A stretch of 64,000 nt of DNA, taken from contig CAYUUK010000007.1 of assembly GCA_964447905.1 (NCBI GenBank), forward strand, positions 513 through 64,512, given 5' to 3'. Source of the stretch: an uncultured Pseudomonadales bacterium (GTDB lineage: Bacteria; Patescibacteriota; Microgenomatia; UBA1400; UBA1396). This document shows, piece by piece, positions 60,438-64,000 of the stretch. The notes below the pieces were generated by a model. It was not told the DNA's origin. It was given only the letters and a program-made list of their open reading frames with translations, and ran no database searches. The number at the start of each line of letters is the position of its first letter. Position 1 is the stretch's first letter. Both the position numbers and the translations under genes were made by a program.

Positions 60438-61718
60438 ATGAAACGCACAATCAACAGCAAAACCACACTTTGGTTTTCACTGTTGGTTGGTCTGAGCTGG
60501 CTGATTACGGCACTGGCCACCAGTTGGTGGTCATATTACCTGGTTGATCCGAATCTCACCTTGTTTTCTTTTCCGTTTTTTGTCGAGTGGCAGACTCAGA
60601 TGTGGGCGCGAGCAAAAGACGTGGCGCACATTACTTGGTTTTACATCTTCTTGCTTGGTGTTTGGTGGAGCCTCTATGCAGTCATAGTGCAGTGGATGCG
60701 CCGAACTGGCGTCCAGCGAGTTCCTCGCTGGGTGATGCTTACGTTGTTCGGCGTTGTGTTGGTACTTTTTTTAGGTCATAACGCGCTGTCGCACGATATT
60801 TTTAATTACCTGTTTAATGCCAAGATGGTTGCCGTGTATGGAGCGAATCCTCATGTACAAGTAGCTTTGTATTTTGCGCAAGATCCCTGGACGCGCTTTA
60901 TGCACAATACGCACACTGCCGCTCCGTATGGTTGGGGGTGGACAGTAGTTTCTCTTGTTCCGTTTCTTATCAGTGGGGGGATTTTTGCCGTTGCGTACTT
61001 TGGTATGAAACTCGTTATGGTACTCGGCTTTGGTTTGTATCTGTGGGCTATTTGGCGAGTTCTACAGCAGCGATTTCCGCAGTCGGCCATCTGGCGGTGG
61101 AGTTTGGTGGCTTTTCATCCACTCCTTTTGATTGAGACGCTGCTGGTTGGACACAACGACGTCTGGATGATGTGGCCGGCAGTTTTGGCAATGAGCTGGT
61201 TGTGTTGTCGGAAATCATCTCTGGCATGGTGGAAGTATCTGGGTGCGGGAGCACTTTTTGCGTTTTCGATTTCGATTAAATTAGCCACCGTTGTGTTACT
61301 TCCTTTCTTGATCTGGTGGATGTTACCGAAAGGTTGCGATGAACGAATAGTGAGCTCAGTGACTGGCAAGAAATTCGCTGCGAAGTTTTTGCGATTTGTG
61401 CGTCGGTATCAAGCTGACTTAGCCGCCCTGTTGATGCTTATCCCGCTCATGACTCCCCGGGCACAGCAGTTTCATCCGTGGTACTTCATTTGGGTGCTCA
61501 CCTTTGTGCCGATGGTACGGGCTCAGTGGTGGCGCGCCGCTGTGCTTGGACTGTCGATTACCTCGACATTCCGATATGTGCCACTGATGTTTGCTGGGTG
61601 GGAGTACTCGCCGCTGATTCAACTGCAGATGCGCGGCATAACTTGGTCCGGTTTTATTCTTGGACTAGTTACCTGGGCCACTTGGAAAGTAGTAATTTCT
61701 CTTAGAGCACGTAAATAA
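60438..61718 (+). CDS. polytopic membrane protein, possible GT-C-like mannosyltransferase
   Basis: About 11 TM; architecture and genomic context only. Confidence 0.3.
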   Translation: MKRTINSKTTLWFSLLVGLSWLITALATSWWSYYLVDPNLTLFSFPFFVEWQTQMWARAKDVAHITWFYIFLLGVWWSLYAVIVQWMRRTGVQRVPRWVMLTLFGVVLVLFLGHNALSHDIFNYLFNAKMVAVYGANPHVQVALYFAQDPWTRFMHNTHTAAPYGWGWTVVSLVPFLISGGIFAVAYFGMKLVMVLGFGLYLWAIWRVLQQRFPQSAIWRWSLVAFHPLLLIETLLVGHNDVWMMWPAVLAMSWLCCRKSSLAWWKYLGAGALFAFSISIKLATVVLLPFLIWWMLPKGCDERIVSSVTGKKFAAKFLRFVRRYQADLAALLMLIPLMTPRAQQFHPWYFIWVLTFVPMVRAQWWRAAVLGLSITSTFRYVPLMFAGWEYSPLIQLQMRGITWSGFILGLVTWATWKVVISLRARK

Positions 61719-62649
61719 TCAGCATAACGAGCAAACCGTAAAATACGGTAGCGGTGAGCAGCGGTTTATCACGCAAAATAACTCTTTCAGGTGACTCGCC
61801 TTGGTTATCTTCATACACTAACTGTAAGTAGCGCATGACAATATAAATGACGAGTGGAACAGTTAACATGAGCCACTTTTCAGCCGTAAACGCACGAGGT
61901 AGAACCGCTTGTAGCGTAGGCACTGGTCCGCGTTCTATGGACACTTGGTGTTGGAAGGCAAAAAGAGCGTACGTAAGCCAAGTGGCATTGGCAAACATGC
62001 CGGTGTAGATATCCAGAAGGCGGGTTGAGTATTTTTCGAGTGACTTACGAGTGGAGAATGTCTTACCTTCTCCTTGGTGTCCTGTCATGAGAGTGCGCTC
62101 GCTTTGTCGTTTCGCGACAGCAATAAAGAGAGATGCAGAGATAACGGTTAGCAAGAACCAGACACTCATGTGAAGATTTACTACTACCGCACCCGCATAA
62201 ATTCGGATCATAAATCCGGCGGCAATGGTTAAAACGTCGAGAATGGCAATATGTTTAAAGTAGAAGCTGTAGGAAAACTGCAGCATGAAGTATGCCAGGG
62301 CCAGCAAGGCCAGGAATGGCGACAGTAAGAAAGAAAAAACGAGCGTGGCGATAATCCCCAGAGCCGCTGCTGTACGGGCTACCGGAAGTAGCAGTTTGCC
62401 CGAAGCAATCGGCCGTTTTTTCTTAAACGGATGTTGACGGTCGGATTCGCGGTCGACAATGTCATTAATAATGTAGACAGAAGAAGACAGTAAACAAAAT
62501 ACTCCAAACGTGAGCGTTACTTGCCAAATATAACTTGGGAATTGGTAAAAGAAGAATCCTGAGAAGACCAGCGCTGCGTAAACCGCTACGTTTTTGATCC
62601 ACTGTCGTGGGCGGCCAGCTTTGAGGAGGTAATAGAGCGTTTGAACCAT
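61702..62649 (-). CDS. UbiA-family prenyltransferase resembling decaprenyl-phosphate 5-phosphoribosyltransferase
   Basis: N-terminal KAGRPRQWIKNVAVYAALVFSG, like the RPRQWVKN motif of the mycobacterial enzyme; ND..D motif NDIVDRESD. Confidence 0.55.
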   Translation of the reverse strand: MVQTLYYLLKAGRPRQWIKNVAVYAALVFSGFFFYQFPSYIWQVTLTFGVFCLLSSSVYIINDIVDRESDRQHPFKKKRPIASGKLLLPVARTAAALGIIATLVFSFLLSPFLALLALAYFMLQFSYSFYFKHIAILDVLTIAAGFMIRIYAGAVVVNLHMSVWFLLTVISASLFIAVAKRQSERTLMTGHQGEGKTFSTRKSLEKYSTRLLDIYTGMFANATWLTYALFAFQHQVSIERGPVPTLQAVLPRAFTAEKWLMLTVPLVIYIVMRYLQLVYEDNQGESPERVILRDKPLLTATVFYGLLVMLIIYVL

Positions 62650-63686
62650 AATATAAGTGCTAACGATAGTATACCTGCGGCGACGAGTGCATACAACTTC
62701 GAAGTGCTGGTGAGCTGCAAGGCCAAAAGTCCAAAAATAGCGGTTGTCGCCATGTAAAAAATTGATATGGTCCGTTTACCGATACCAGCGTCGAGCATGC
62801 GGTGGTGCAAGTGACCACGATCGCCCCAAAATGGTGATCGGCCAGCCGCTAAGCGGCGACCGACAGTATAGATGGCGTCAGTTGTTGGTAAGGCTAATAA
62901 TAGGAGCACTGTGGCGATCTTAGCGCCCGAGAGGATGGCTAGAATAGCTAAAAAGTACCCAGCCAGTGATCCACCGGCGTATCCAGGCATCATTTTTTGG
63001 GGGTAAAAATTCCAAACGAGTAATCCAGCATAGGCGCCGCTGACTCCGAGGGCAATGAGCGTGACGATACCTTGTGTGGTGTCGGCCTCAAAGCGCAGGC
63101 TCAAGAACGCAATAAACAGGGCCGCAATACTCACAAAACCAGGAAGTTGTCCATCCAAGCCTTTTGCCCAGTTCACGGCGTTCATGTTCCAAACAATCCA
63201 CACGAGGGCGAAGGCGTCGGCAATCCAGGAAATAGTGTAGGTGTTTCCGAACAGCAAGAAAGAGGTTTGCCAAGTATCTAAGTTGATGACGCCCGGAGCG
63301 AAAGGATTCGTTACAAAAGAAATACCCACTCCACTCAAGATAACAATTCCGGCGGCAATAAGGTTGAGAACGTAGCGAACGTATGGATTGATATCAAAGC
63401 GGTCATCGAGCGTGCCGCTGATAAGCAGAATGGCTGCTCCGAGTAAAACGCCGGCAATGCGAGGTGTGATGGGAATAAACGCTACAAAAACCGCGGCGAT
63501 ACCTGCGGCCACCACTAACCCACCGCCACGAGGAACAGGACGATCATGGGTGGTTTTATCGAGGTTTTGCTTGGCTGGATCTTCGATCCAGCCAAGCTTG
63601 CGGTACAGTCCAATAACAACCGGTCCAGCGGCAGTAGCCACGACAAACGCCAAAAACCAAGAAATCACGAGCAACAAAGTGGTCAC
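62586..63686 (-). CDS. polyprenyl-phosphate N-acetylhexosamine-1-phosphate transferase (WecA/MraY family, glycosyltransferase family 4)
   Basis: About 10 TM; MraY/WecA-type loops (DDRFDINPYVRY, HLHHRMLDAG); its 3-prime end overlaps the UbiA-like gene by 64 nt. Confidence 0.7.
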   Translation of the reverse strand: MTTLLLVISWFLAFVVATAAGPVVIGLYRKLGWIEDPAKQNLDKTTHDRPVPRGGGLVVAAGIAAVFVAFIPITPRIAGVLLGAAILLISGTLDDRFDINPYVRYVLNLIAAGIVILSGVGISFVTNPFAPGVINLDTWQTSFLLFGNTYTISWIADAFALVWIVWNMNAVNWAKGLDGQLPGFVSIAALFIAFLSLRFEADTTQGIVTLIALGVSGAYAGLLVWNFYPQKMMPGYAGGSLAGYFLAILAILSGAKIATVLLLLALPTTDAIYTVGRRLAAGRSPFWGDRGHLHHRMLDAGIGKRTISIFYMATTAIFGLLALQLTSTSKLYALVAAGILSLALILWFKRSITSSKLAAHDSGSKT

Positions 63687-63988
63687 AATACAACCTTCAT
63701 AATTCGTAAGAGTGCCAGTAAAAGAAATGCCAGCAGAATGTTTCCGCTCCAGAGTGAGATAGAAGCTAAATACTCTTCATGTTCAAGTTTTGTTCGTCGG
63801 CCGTACCAGAGAGCCAGTATGACGATTCCGAGAGCTAATCCCGGCATAACCCCAATAGCGATACGCGGAGCAAGTTGCTCACTTGACTCCACGAGAGAGT
63901 ACCACAGCGGAATATACTCCGGGCCAAAGAGATACAGAAGACCAGAAAAGAGTGCCACCACTCCCAGTTGTACCAAAAGCACAATCAC
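63683..63988 (-). CDS. hypothetical small membrane protein
   Basis: 101 aa ORF with 3 TM; no family assignment. Confidence 0.25.
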   Translation of the reverse strand: MIVLLVQLGVVALFSGLLYLFGPEYIPLWYSLVESSEQLAPRIAIGVMPGLALGIVILALWYGRRTKLEHEEYLASISLWSGNILLAFLLLALLRIMKVVL

Positions 63989-64000
63989 CAGTTTCTGGTG

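Overview
This 64 kb window looks like bacterial chromosome from a small, glycosyltransferase-rich genome. The style is Patescibacteria/CPR-like, but I cannot confirm taxonomy from sequence alone. The standard genetic code is in use: TGA terminates many clear genes. Coding density is high and there is no rRNA, CRISPR array or obvious IS element.

Two large cell-envelope glycan biosynthesis clusters dominate.
- Cluster 1 (about 13.3-29.7 kb) carries the dTDP-rhamnose genes rfbB, rfbC and rfbD on the minus strand. It continues with GT2, GT4 and GT-C glycosyltransferases, an O-antigen ligase/polymerase-like protein, manC, a WbaP-type priming sugar transferase and a DUF4012-like protein.
- Cluster 2 (about 53.5-63.7 kb) carries ugd, an rmd-like reductase, gmd, a GT2-GtrA fusion, GT-C proteins and a DPM1-like GT2. 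It ends with a UbiA-family gene carrying the RPRQWIKN motif of decaprenyl-phosphate phosphoribosyltransferase, and a WecA/MraY-family transferase.

Housekeeping genes that are confidently recognisable:
- greA (frameshifted), recO, glyQS with a T-box leader, tRNA-Thr(UGU), rpmG, uvrB, lexA, miaA and ftsH.
- An OmpR-type response regulator, an FtsB/DivIC-like protein, a Xer-type tyrosine recombinase, a 5-prime-3-prime exonuclease and a small K+ channel.
- An SPFH protein, a GIY-YIG protein, an RsmC-like methyltransferase and a DUF2207 protein.

The most unusual items are these.
1. A 921 bp perfect tandem duplication creates a truncated plus a full-length copy of an acidic orphan protein.
2. Two adjacent secreted Cys-rich proteins have unrelated ectodomains but share a conserved C-terminal two-helix pilin-like anchor.
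3. A 1103 aa Cys-rich secreted orphan protein is translationally coupled to a membrane-anchored partner.
4. Two genes are broken by +/-1 frameshifts at A7/T7 homopolymers.
5. A 34 bp perfect GC-rich palindrome sits inside a coding region.
6. A low-GC 585 aa orphan gene lies divergent from lexA, with GTTC-N7-GTTC-N9-GAAC motifs in the shared control region.
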